Below are positions 34,422 to 44,082 of a stretch of 64,000 nt of DNA, piece after piece. The stretch lies in NCBI RefSeq assembly GCF_000142905.1, contig NW_013657663.1, forward strand, positions 372,001 through 436,000, in the 5' to 3' direction. The notes under the pieces were generated by a model. It saw nothing but the letters and a program-made list of their open reading frames with translations. It had not been told where the DNA came from and did no database searches. This DNA comes from Thecamonas trahens ATCC 50062. Lineage: Eukaryota > Protista > Apusomonadida. The translations under genes were made by a program, and so were the position numbers. The stretch's first letter is position 1; every line of letters starts with the position of its first letter.

Positions 34422-34923
34422 GGGGGGTTAAGGGATGGGATGGGATGTGATGTGCTTGGATAGATCATAGGGGGTGGTTGATGCGAGTGGTAGAGTAGAG
34501 GGGGGAAGGGGGGGAAGGGGGGGGGGGGAGGAGGGGGGGAGGAGGGGAGTCGGGCCCGAGGGGAGGGATCTGGTCCTAGGGGGTTTGGATTGGATTGGAG
34601 TAGGGGTACGGGAGAGTGTGTGTTGGATCCCTGAAACAGATGTGGTTTCTTTTGTTCCATGAGGGGACAGGAAGAGTTCAGCTGGGTAATACAGTTCCTG
34701 ATGAGGGGAAGCAGAAGGCAGGGCTGAACACGACAAGGAGGCGGGAGTGGGGGGGGGGGGCGGGGGGGGACTTATGGTTGAGGATGTTGTTCATGGACGT
34801 GGTGCTGGTATTGGTTATGTATGGTGCTGGTGCTGGTGCTGGTTGTCGTCATGGTGTTGGTTGTCGTCATGGTGCTGGTGCTGGTTGCTCGTCGCTTTCA
34901 TCTCTCTCGTCACGCTTGATACC

Positions 34924-37900
34924 ATGTCGCTTAACCCGCCACACAGGATGGCAGCGCCAACTGGCCTGCTTTGGGTCGTGGCAGTGGCGGCAACGCTCGT
35001 CATGGGCAGCGCGGCTGCCGCCACAACAGACGTCATCATACCAGACATTCCGCAGTGTGTGAGTGAGAGGTTCGTCGCGAGCAAGGTCGTTGAAGCTGTT
35101 CATCGCGGGCTCGCCACTGTGCTGGCAGGCGACATCGATGGCGACGGATGGGACGACCTGGTCCTCACCGCCCCTGCCGCAAATGCCATTTTCTGGCAAC
35201 AGTTCAACACTTTGTCGCTCTCCTTTGGCTCGCAAAGGCTCATCTCGAGCGAAATCAAGGACCCGGGCGCCATGGTTCTGGTTGACATCGACGGCGACTC
35301 GGACTTGGACATCGTCGTCGGCTCACCGCAGCTAGACGTCATCGTCTGGCTCCGCAACTCACAGTCTGGCGGCGAGATGAAGATCGCAGCACCAGTCACC
35401 AGCGATGCTCGCGACGTCAGCGCTCTCGTCGCTGGAGACGTCGACGGCGACGGTGACTCTGACGTCGTCTGGTGCTCTGATGCCGCCACAGGCACGGCGT
35501 TTCTCGCTTGGCATGTCAACGAAGACGGCCTCGGCCGCTTTGGCCGCATGATTGCCCTTTCGACGTCCTGGGTGACCGGCTCCGCCGTCGGTCTGGGCGA
35601 CGTTGATGGCGATGGTGACCTTGACGTCGTCGCTGCTTCAAAGTTTCAAATCAACTTTGGCTGGTTCGAAAACACCGACGGCAACGGCACCTTTGCGCCC
35701 GTCGTTGTCCTGGTTGAAAGCGAGTTGAGCCTCCCCACGTCGGTCGCGGTCATCGACTTGGATGCTGACGGCGACAACGACCTTCTTGTCACAGACACAA
35801 CAGGCGGTGGCCAGCTAATAACCTTTACCAACAACGGCGGTGGCGTGTTTGGACCAGAGTCGATAACACTGGCCGACATCGTCGGCTTTGTTATCCCTGC
35901 GGACATCAACGCTGATGGCCTCCCCGACCTCGTCTCCGTCCGCAACCTCAACGACGGCAACGTCGGCTGGTTTCGCAACGACGGCAGCAACGGCACGGCG
36001 TGGACACAAGTCCTTGTTCAGTTCATGGCCGGTGCTGTCAATGGCATCACCGTCGCTGACTTTGATCGCGACGGCGACCGCGACATAGCTTGGATCATCA
36101 GCGAGGCCGAGAATTCGGACGACTTGGTCACCTTTTGGTCCGAGAACACCGACGGGCTTGGCACCTTTACCGCCCCAGCTGACATTCAAAACGGCGTCAA
36201 TAACGTCAAAGACGTCTTTGCCGGCGACTTTGACAATGACGGCAATGTCGACCTCGCTTATGTCGGCAGTGAGCCGAGCCTTGTCGCCTGGCGCCCCAAC
36301 ATCAACGGCGTGGGCGATTTTGGCGAGGCTGTCGTCGTCGACGCCTCGGTCGCAGTGCCCCTCGCCATCATCGGCGGCAACATCAACGGCAAACCAGGTC
36401 TTGACCTTGTTGTTGGCATAGAACTGGGCGCTGCCATCGTCTGCTACACAAACTTGGATGCTGCCGGCCGCTCGTGGAACAAGACCATCATCGCCACCGG
36501 CATCGTCGATCCTCTTGCGATCGCCTTTGCCGACATCGACGCCGACGGCGATCTCGACGTTGTTGTCGGTGCCAACCAGCTCGGCTCTGTCACCTGGTTC
36601 GCGAACAGCGGCCTAGGCGCCTTTGCTGCAGTGAACTCCGCCATCTCGGTCGACGTCTTTGGTCTCACCGCGCTTGTCGTCGCCGACATCGACCTCGATG
36701 GCGCCGCAGACGTCATCACCACCGCAAACCATGCTGCGCCTGCTTTTGACGTCGTCGCCTGGCACCGCAACGTCGGCGGCGACGGTCTCACGTGGGCCAC
36801 CGTCAACGTCACAACTCTGCTCAACAAGCCGTTCGATGTCGTTGCCTTTGATGCTGACGCTGACGGCGATCAAGACCTTGCTGTCGCTTCAATCAACGAC
36901 CGAACTGTCTCACTCTTTCTCAACTCGGACAGTGCAGGCTCGTTCAGCAGTCGAGTTCTCATCGACGTCGGCGTCAGAGGATACCGCAGCATTGCTGCCA
37001 TCGACATTGACGCTGACGGCGACCTTGACCTTGCTGCCGCCCAAGGCAGTGGCATAGTCAATGTCTTTCTCAACGCCGCCAATTCAGGCTCATTTGGCCC
37101 CGGCCAGGCGCTGACCAACATCGACGCGACCTTTGTCGCTATGACCACCGGAGACTTTGATGGAGACGGCCGCCAAGATGTGATGAGAGCTCACTACAAT
37201 GGAGGTGTTTACTCGCACATCGAGTGGTTCTCGTCGCAACCATCCGTCACCAACACCTTGGAAAGCTTTGGCACCGCTAGCGAGTCGCTCACCATCGCCG
37301 GCTCGCCCAAGCCGCGACATGTCGTCCTCGCCGACCTCGACTCGGACGGTGACCTCGATCTGGTGTCGGTCTTTGACACAACTGTGGCTTGGTTTGAATA
37401 CCTCGACGCCCGTGCCGGCTTTGACCCCGTCGCCAACGTGCTGGCATCCGTTGCCGCTGGCGCTGCTGCAGCCGTCGCAGACTTTGATCGCGACGGTGAC
37501 CTCGACCTTGCCTGGGTCTCTGGCTCGGGCCTCTACTGGGCGCGCAACAATGGTGGCGACAGCTTGTTTGGCCTTCCCGTCAGCCTTGACACGTCCATTG
37601 TTCTTACAGACCTTGCCATCGGTGACATCGACCGTGACGGCGACTTGGATCTGGTTGTTGCTGGCCAGGACTACGCTGCGCTTTATCGCAACCTTGACGG
37701 CCTCGGCTCGTTTGGTCCTCCCACCGTGGTGGCCGGCTCTACTGGCACCGTCGCTGCTGTCCAGCTTGCGGATGTTGATAATGACGGCGCACTCGATCTG
37801 GTCGAGGCAAGCTTTTCCCGCAACGAAGTTGTGTGGTACCCTAACGACGGTTCAGGCTTCTTTGGCTTCCCGAAGCTGATTGCCTCGGTCACCGGCGTCT

Positions 37901-40900
37901 CTGCCCTTGAGCTGGCAGACTTGGACCAAGACGGCGACATTGATGTGGTGACCGGTGACAACGGCGGCGACAACTCCGTGATGGTCTTCGCTAACACGGA
38001 TGGCTCCGGCGCTTTTGATCTCCTCCAAATCGTGGCCACCAACGTCATTACGGTTCAGTCCGTCCAAGCTGTGGATGTCGACGGTGACCGCGTTCTCGAC
38101 CTACTGGTGGCCGCAAAGGATAGCAACTCGGTGCTTTGGTTCCGCAACATTGGGGCTGGTGGCGTCACGACGTTTGGCCCGACTCAATCGGTTTTGTACG
38201 GCGTAGCGTCCGACAACCCAGCATCGGCTGCCGGTGGCGACGTGGACGGTGACGGCGATCTCGACGTCATCGCGGCCATGGCGACTTTCCAGGTTGTTCT
38301 TCAGAAGACCCGAGTTGCGTTTCACACCTACCAGTCGACAACGCGTGAACTCGATACCCAGCTCTCGCTCTGCGTCTTCGACCCGTTCTCACTTGCATGT
38401 ATCGAGGAGAACATGCAGCGACTTTCTAGCTGTGTCCGCGACACCTTGATCCTACCGCCGGGGCGCTACGCGCACGCGCGGCGTGGGCAGCATGCCTCGG
38501 TCACTCGCCCCATGGTGCTGGCGGCTCGCGAGCCGGGCTCAGTCGTGCTCGACGGCGCGCTGCCGGACCGCGCTCGTGGAGGCGTTTTCTTCCGCTCGCA
38601 TCCGCACGAGCGCCAGTCGAACATGCCGCTGCAGGGCGCGCTGCGACTGGAGAATATCACTGTGTCCAACACTGGCATCGGGGTCTCATCCCCCTACGGC
38701 ACGCCTGGCCTCAGAACTGATGGTCCAGGTGCCGTCTTGGAGCTCGTCAATGTTAACGTGACGGGCGCGATTGCAGACACAGAGCTCACAGCTACTCTGT
38801 TCAGCGCCGGTACAGGCGGCGCAATTCTTGCCACCGATGGCAGTGAGCTGCGACTCATCGCAACTCATGTTTATGGCTGCTCCGCCTCGCTGCAGGGTGG
38901 TGGCGTTGCGCTGCACGGTGCCGCTACCCGGGCGAGGTTCGAGCGTTCGGTTGTCGCCGGCTCGACAGCCGGTCTCGACGGCGGCGGCATCGCGATTCTG
39001 GGCGGTGCATCGCTCGAACTAGTCTCGACAGACATTCGTGATAACTCGGCTCGGACTGGATCGGGTGGCGGTTTATACGTTGCTTCTCTGGCGCAAGTCA
39101 ACATGACGAGCTGCACTGTGTTTGGCAACGAAGCGCCCAAGGGCATTGGTGGCGGACTCTTGCTGCGGCCGGATGCCGACTCACAGTTGTACCTCTCGCA
39201 GATCCGCGGCAACCGCGCACGAGTCGGCGGTGGGATGGCTCTTGCGCTTGGCGGCTATGATGACGGTGTGCTCGTCGACGCTGTGCAGGACGTGGCGACC
39301 GTGGCATCTGTTGACGTGGTGGTGGGGCCGAAACTCATTCTTGACACCGTCGTGGTTGTGGCAAACGAGGCCTCGCTCGGTGGTGGAATGTACGCCTGTG
39401 GCGGTGATGTGACGATCCGCGGCTCAGGCGGCGAGTGGACCAACAACGCGGTGCGTTTGTCGCCAGTTGTAGACTCGGCTGCGGATGTGTTTGTCTGCGC
39501 AGTGGCTGGGACAATGCCAGGCAGCCCTCCGCCTTGGGTGCTGGTCGAGCCTGGAGCAGGTGGCCCAACTTCTGTGCATGGTCCGCCCGGCGCAGTGTTG
39601 TGGGAGATCAAGCCTGTGGCGACGGCACAGATTGGTCATTCTGTGGTGGGCACAGTCCGTCTTGTCGATGCTTTCGGGCAGAACGTAGCTTACGCAGGCG
39701 CGCTCGCAGAGCTGGTGGTGAGCGGGCCCGGGCTGTTAGCTGGCGTCGCAGAGGATATCCAGTTTATGCTCGACACTGTTCCACTGCCGTCGCTACAGTT
39801 GTGGGTGCGGGCAGACGTCCTGGTCGGCAGCGCCTTGCCTGATGTGGATATTCAGGTGGTCATGAGCTCTTCGTCTCCGGTCACTTCTCTCTCTCCGCCT
39901 GTGGCGGTTCAGGCGGTTACATCGCGAACAAGCCTCGTTCCGTGTGGACTCGGGTTTGGTCTTAACGAGCTCTCGGTCATGGTAGGTGCACAAGTCGTTG
40001 ATGCGGTTGAGTGTATTGCGTGCCCAAGTGGGACGTTCTCGTCTACGGTTGCTCTCGAGCCATGCACGCCTAACCGCGGATGCAACGCCAACTCGATCAG
40101 CCTGGATGGCGGAAATGTCACCGATGGCGCGACCGGCCTCAAGTGCCTGTGCGATACCGGGTTTACAGCAAGGGGCTACGACAGCGATGGTCTCGTGCTG
40201 TGTGAGCGATGCCCTTCAGGCGGGCGGTGTGCCCGCGGGTTGGGTCCGCCTGTCCCTGCGCCTGGTTTCTACGCCGATCCGAAGAAGAACGACACGTTTG
40301 TCCAGTGCAAGCGGGTGAGGGGCTGCCCGGGCGGCTCGCTGCTGGTCCAGTGCGCAACCGGTTATCATGGGTATATGTGCAACGAGTGCGACGACGACTA
40401 CTACTCCAACTCGATTGCAGAGTGCATCAAGTGTCCACCAGCGGCAATGGGTGGCTTTGTGGCTGGCGTGCTTGTCCTCCTTGGACTGGGCGCGGCAGCA
40501 GCTGTTCTTGTCAGCATCGGAGTGGTGCGGATGCAGTCGTCAGAGAGCCTGCATCGGGCGTCAATGGATGTGCTGCGGCAGCGAAGCCTGCCTGCGACTG
40601 TGGGGATGGTGGTGATGGTGTTCCAGATCATGGGCATTCTGTCGACCGGCAAGTATGGCTGGTCGGACGAGGCGCAGAGTGTACTTTCGGTCTTTAACGC
40701 GGCGAATGTGGACGTCAATCTCTTTGCATCGGAATGCTCGCTTGCATCGTTCCACACAAAGTACGTGGTCTCGATTGCGCTTCCGATTGTGGTCCTTGGT
40801 GCTGTCGTGGTCGGCCTCCTCGTCCTCAAGGGCATGGCGGGCGCTGGGATGGTGCCGTTTCGGCTGCGCGGGCTGGCCAGTGCGCGGATCAGGATCCTTG

Positions 40901-41745
40901 TTGACGCGGCGCTGTTTACAGTCACACCTGTACTGTACATTCCGATGGCGCGGGCGACACTGGTCATGTTTGACTGTGTCCAGCTGCCCAACGGCGACTT
41001 TGTGCTCGATGTGGACCCTGGAGTGGCATGCTTTGATTCTGGCTGGCTCGGCATTCTCCCTGTTGGCCTCGTGGGGCTTGTTTCGTTTGTATTCGGCTTT
41101 CCGCTCTACTTTCTGTTCTCGCTCGTCACGCGGCGAAGCAAGCTGCTGCAGCCTGCGACGTTTGTACGGTTTGGTGGCCTGTACAAGCTCTTCCGTGTCT
41201 CATACTACTGGGGGGGCATGGCCGATCTCGGCAAGCGTCTTGCGATTGTGCTGACGAGTGTTTTTCTCTCCGAAGTGCAGCTTGTGCAGCTCGGGCTGCT
41301 GATGGCGATCCTCCTCGTCTGGGTTTATCTGGTGGTCAAGACTCAACCGTACTACTTCCGGCTGTACAACGAGGCGGACGTGCGGCTGACGTACGTGATT
41401 GTGGTCATGGTCGGGGTTAGCAGCGCGAGCTATGCTGAGCGAGCCAATGACGGCGCGAGCCAGACGGGCATTCTGGTAGTACTGGTGCTGGCGGTCGTTG
41501 CGCTGTGTGCTTTGGCGGCGCACGCGATTGTGCGCGACGTCCTTCAAATCGTCTCTGACTCGTACTCGTCGTCTGGTGAGCGGGCTATGCAACTGTCGCT
41601 CATTCTCTCGCGCGAGCAGGATGACCTTGAGGGCGAGGTTGCCGAGGTGCTCGAGGGAACAAAAGTTCGGCTCTCGCTGGCCATCGACGAGGAAAAGGCG
41701 AACGAAACTATGGGGCTGGACGGCGTGGCACTCGACGAGCTGTAG
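34924..41745 (+). CDS. Large surface protein: signal peptide, about 20 FG-GAP/VCBS repeats, GG-rich beta-helix-like repeats, Cys-rich stalk, C-terminal multi-pass membrane domain
   Basis: Many DxDGDGDxD motifs; GGAI/GGGV/GGGL repeats; CxxCPxG motifs; about 8-9 hydrophobic helices. Likely start 34924 or 34948. Confidence 0.85.
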   Translation: MSLNPPHRMAAPTGLLWVVAVAATLVMGSAAAATTDVIIPDIPQCVSERFVASKVVEAVHRGLATVLAGDIDGDGWDDLVLTAPAANAIFWQQFNTLSLSFGSQRLISSEIKDPGAMVLVDIDGDSDLDIVVGSPQLDVIVWLRNSQSGGEMKIAAPVTSDARDVSALVAGDVDGDGDSDVVWCSDAATGTAFLAWHVNEDGLGRFGRMIALSTSWVTGSAVGLGDVDGDGDLDVVAASKFQINFGWFENTDGNGTFAPVVVLVESELSLPTSVAVIDLDADGDNDLLVTDTTGGGQLITFTNNGGGVFGPESITLADIVGFVIPADINADGLPDLVSVRNLNDGNVGWFRNDGSNGTAWTQVLVQFMAGAVNGITVADFDRDGDRDIAWIISEAENSDDLVTFWSENTDGLGTFTAPADIQNGVNNVKDVFAGDFDNDGNVDLAYVGSEPSLVAWRPNINGVGDFGEAVVVDASVAVPLAIIGGNINGKPGLDLVVGIELGAAIVCYTNLDAAGRSWNKTIIATGIVDPLAIAFADIDADGDLDVVVGANQLGSVTWFANSGLGAFAAVNSAISVDVFGLTALVVADIDLDGAADVITTANHAAPAFDVVAWHRNVGGDGLTWATVNVTTLLNKPFDVVAFDADADGDQDLAVASINDRTVSLFLNSDSAGSFSSRVLIDVGVRGYRSIAAIDIDADGDLDLAAAQGSGIVNVFLNAANSGSFGPGQALTNIDATFVAMTTGDFDGDGRQDVMRAHYNGGVYSHIEWFSSQPSVTNTLESFGTASESLTIAGSPKPRHVVLADLDSDGDLDLVSVFDTTVAWFEYLDARAGFDPVANVLASVAAGAAAAVADFDRDGDLDLAWVSGSGLYWARNNGGDSLFGLPVSLDTSIVLTDLAIGDIDRDGDLDLVVAGQDYAALYRNLDGLGSFGPPTVVAGSTGTVAAVQLADVDNDGALDLVEASFSRNEVVWYPNDGSGFFGFPKLIASVTGVSALELADLDQDGDIDVVTGDNGGDNSVMVFANTDGSGAFDLLQIVATNVITVQSVQAVDVDGDRVLDLLVAAKDSNSVLWFRNIGAGGVTTFGPTQSVLYGVASDNPASAAGGDVDGDGDLDVIAAMATFQVVLQKTRVAFHTYQSTTRELDTQLSLCVFDPFSLACIEENMQRLSSCVRDTLILPPGRYAHARRGQHASVTRPMVLAAREPGSVVLDGALPDRARGGVFFRSHPHERQSNMPLQGALRLENITVSNTGIGVSSPYGTPGLRTDGPGAVLELVNVNVTGAIADTELTATLFSAGTGGAILATDGSELRLIATHVYGCSASLQGGGVALHGAATRARFERSVVAGSTAGLDGGGIAILGGASLELVSTDIRDNSARTGSGGGLYVASLAQVNMTSCTVFGNEAPKGIGGGLLLRPDADSQLYLSQIRGNRARVGGGMALALGGYDDGVLVDAVQDVATVASVDVVVGPKLILDTVVVVANEASLGGGMYACGGDVTIRGSGGEWTNNAVRLSPVVDSAADVFVCAVAGTMPGSPPPWVLVEPGAGGPTSVHGPPGAVLWEIKPVATAQIGHSVVGTVRLVDAFGQNVAYAGALAELVVSGPGLLAGVAEDIQFMLDTVPLPSLQLWVRADVLVGSALPDVDIQVVMSSSSPVTSLSPPVAVQAVTSRTSLVPCGLGFGLNELSVMVGAQVVDAVECIACPSGTFSSTVALEPCTPNRGCNANSISLDGGNVTDGATGLKCLCDTGFTARGYDSDGLVLCERCPSGGRCARGLGPPVPAPGFYADPKKNDTFVQCKRVRGCPGGSLLVQCATGYHGYMCNECDDDYYSNSIAECIKCPPAAMGGFVAGVLVLLGLGAAAAVLVSIGVVRMQSSESLHRASMDVLRQRSLPATVGMVVMVFQIMGILSTGKYGWSDEAQSVLSVFNAANVDVNLFASECSLASFHTKYVVSIALPIVVLGAVVVGLLVLKGMAGAGMVPFRLRGLASARIRILVDAALFTVTPVLYIPMARATLVMFDCVQLPNGDFVLDVDPGVACFDSGWLGILPVGLVGLVSFVFGFPLYFLFSLVTRRSKLLQPATFVRFGGLYKLFRVSYYWGGMADLGKRLAIVLTSVFLSEVQLVQLGLLMAILLVWVYLVVKTQPYYFRLYNEADVRLTYVIVVMVGVSSASYAERANDGASQTGILVVLVLAVVALCALAAHAIVRDVLQIVSDSYSSSGERAMQLSLILSREQDDLEGEVAEVLEGTKVRLSLAIDEEKANETMGLDGVALDEL

Positions 41746-41755
41746 CTTGCCTGGA

Positions 41756-43684
41756 TTACACATAGTCTTCGCGAGAGTCCATCGAGTCAAAGGCGGCAAA
41801 CATGGTAGCGAGCTTGTGGTCATCAAAGATGGAGTCGACCATGTTGATTCGGAGAAAGGCTTCGGGCGGCTCTTTGCGCATGTGGTACTCGCCTGCGTCG
41901 TCGCGGAAGACGTGATAGAGCTTGCCCGGCGGAACGAGGTCGATGCGAGCATCAAGGGCCGAGGTTTCGACATGAAACGGGTCGGGTTCGGCTACACCGA
42001 CGGCGACTGAGGTCGGACGAAGCCACGCGGCGAGGGTCGACATAGTGGCAACCGACGCGTTCCAAACCGACGAGGAGGCTGCCACAAGCTGGGCCGGTGG
42101 CTGGATGTCGGGCAGAACGGCGGCGACTGAGGAGACGGCGGCAACCGGTGGAGCGAGCCACGGCGACGCCAACATGTCGGCCTTAGCCCGCTCCCACCAC
42201 GGAAAGGCCTTGATCTCGCGACGCAGGTGTTCGAGGGCCGAGAGCGAGGCCCGCGGCACAATGTCGTTGTTGCACACAAACGAGGTGCACACTCCCGACA
42301 GGTCAAAGGCGATCGAGGTTGCCAGGTCAGCGCACGGAGGCGGGCCAAGTGCAAAGGCATGGACATGCTCGTCATGCGGGCGGAGTAGTGCAGCAAGGAG
42401 CGCGGCAGTCCCGCCACCGAGCGAGTGGCCAACGAGAGTGATGTGGCGGCGTGGATCGCCGACCAGCAGCTCAACGAGAGTAGCCAGCTCCGAGTGAAGG
42501 AACCAAAGCGCAGCACGATGCATTCCCGAGTGGACAAAGCCGCCGTCTTCAAACGGCACGCCGCATGCACAGCAGTCGGTGAGCAGGTCGAGGTTGTTGT
42601 CGGTCCCGCGAATGGCGAGGACGATCTCAAGACGGGTGTGGTCGACGGCAATAAAGTAGCCCGGGCGGAGCAGCGTCGACTTTGGTTCGAGCTTGATGAG
42701 CTCAAAGCCTGCAACGGCATCAACCGGCGAAGCTGCAGACTCGGGTGAAGTCGGAAGTCGCGACAACGCTAGCGGGGCCATCAGCTGGCGCCACTCGGCT
42801 GGCGAGCGAGCGTACGCGGCCTGAGCCAACAGTGCGTAATGCATGCCCACATCAATGAGCTCGCGGTGCAGAAAAGCACGATCTGTCGATGGCGGACGCC
42901 ACTTTGCGGTGTTCTCTGCCTGGAGATACGAAAGGCCGACAGCGAGGTCGGTCAACGACCATTCGCCCAGCTCCGAGTAAGTAGCCAGCAGCAGCGACGC
43001 AACAGCCTTTGTGGACTCTGCCACGCCCAGCGAGGCCACCCATCGCAGCCAACCGCCTGCATCCGTCGACGACGACGACGTCGGCGGCACTGGAGCCGGC
43101 ATTGGTGACGTATCAGTGTCACCGGCCATCGGCATCATGGTTGTTGTCGAATTCTCTAACATGTCCTGATCGACCGAGTTGTCCGTCTCGACCGAGTTGT
43201 CCGCCCGAACCGACTCGACGTCCTCCTTCGCCTTGCCCGAGCCCACCACCTCTGTCGATCCGCGTTGAGACTCTGCATTGTGGCCCATGGGCACGACGAC
43301 TGTCGCCGCCGCCACATCACCTGGACGAGCCAGGCCCCCACCACCACCACCACCACCACCACCACCACCACCACCACCACCACCACCACCACCACCACCA
43401 CCACCACCACCACCACCACCACCACCACCACCACCACCACCACCACCTGCGTCCACACTCCCTCGTTCAACACCTGGTTCTCTTCCCTCTCCTTCCATCC
43501 GTGGTGGGAATGCCTTCCCTGGCTCGGCGTGACGTGTCGTGTGTTGCTCGGCCGGACGAGCCGGCTCATCGCTCATGGCCCATCGCTCATCGCTCGCCTC
43601 CATGGCTTGCCGCTCATCGCTCGCCTGCATGGCTTGCCGCTCATCGCTCGCCTGCATGGCTTGCCGCTCATCGCTCGCCTGCAT
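41756..43684 (-). CDS. Class 3 lipase (diacylglycerol-lipase-like); true start uncertain
   Basis: IVLAIRGT, VHSGM, GHSLGGG, NNDIVPR, PPGKLYH, DDH. Confidence 0.88.
   Translation of the reverse strand: MQASDERQAMQASDERQAMQASDERQAMEASDERWAMSDEPARPAEQHTTRHAEPGKAFPPRMEGEGREPGVERGSVDAGGGGGGGGGGGGGGGGGGGGGGGGGGGGGGGGGGGGGGLARPGDVAAATVVVPMGHNAESQRGSTEVVGSGKAKEDVESVRADNSVETDNSVDQDMLENSTTTMMPMAGDTDTSPMPAPVPPTSSSSTDAGGWLRWVASLGVAESTKAVASLLLATYSELGEWSLTDLAVGLSYLQAENTAKWRPPSTDRAFLHRELIDVGMHYALLAQAAYARSPAEWRQLMAPLALSRLPTSPESAASPVDAVAGFELIKLEPKSTLLRPGYFIAVDHTRLEIVLAIRGTDNNLDLLTDCCACGVPFEDGGFVHSGMHRAALWFLHSELATLVELLVGDPRRHITLVGHSLGGGTAALLAALLRPHDEHVHAFALGPPPCADLATSIAFDLSGVCTSFVCNNDIVPRASLSALEHLRREIKAFPWWERAKADMLASPWLAPPVAAVSSVAAVLPDIQPPAQLVAASSSVWNASVATMSTLAAWLRPTSVAVGVAEPDPFHVETSALDARIDLVPPGKLYHVFRDDAGEYHMRKEPPEAFLRINMVDSIFDDHKLATMFAAFDSMDSREDYV
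43338..43447. repeat. Perfect (CCA)n trinucleotide tract, about 36 units (poly-Gly in the lipase frame)
   Basis: Uninterrupted ccacca run. Confidence 0.95.
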
Positions 43685-44030
43685 GGCTCAACGCTCATCG
43701 CTCGCCTGCATGGCTCAACGCTCATCGCTCGCCTGCATGGCCCATCGCTCATCGCTCGCCTGCATGGCTCAACGCTCATCGCTCGCCTGCATGGCTTGCC
43801 GCTCATCGCTCGCCTGCATGGCCCATCGCTCATCGCTCGCCTGCATGGCTTGCCGCTCATCGCTCGCCTGCATGGCTTGCCGCTCATCGCTCGCCTGCAT
43901 GGCTTGCCGCTCATCGCTCGCCTGCATGGCCCATCGCTCATCGCTCACCTGCATGGCTCATCGCTCAATCGCTCGCTTGTATGGCTCAACGCTCATCGCT
44001 CGCCGGCATGGCACATCGCTCAATCGCTCA
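43574..44030. repeat. 27-bp minisatellite, about 14 regular plus 3 degenerate units, with three main 4-bp variants
   Basis: Constant cgctcatcgctcgcctgcatggc plus variable ttgc/tcaa/ccat. Confidence 0.95.
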
Positions 44031-44082
44031 TTGCCCACAGGTCACAGACTAAAAGAAGCTCGTCAAGAAGGGGGGGGGGGGT

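Noticed and set aside
33218-34660. ORF extensions spanning the N gaps (also 59274..59516)
   Set aside because: These are artefacts of translating through Ns; conserved starts lie downstream.
43574-44030. Minisatellite as a CRISPR array
   Set aside because: The variable part is only 4 bp and recurs, there are no unique spacers and no cas genes, and the context is eukaryotic.
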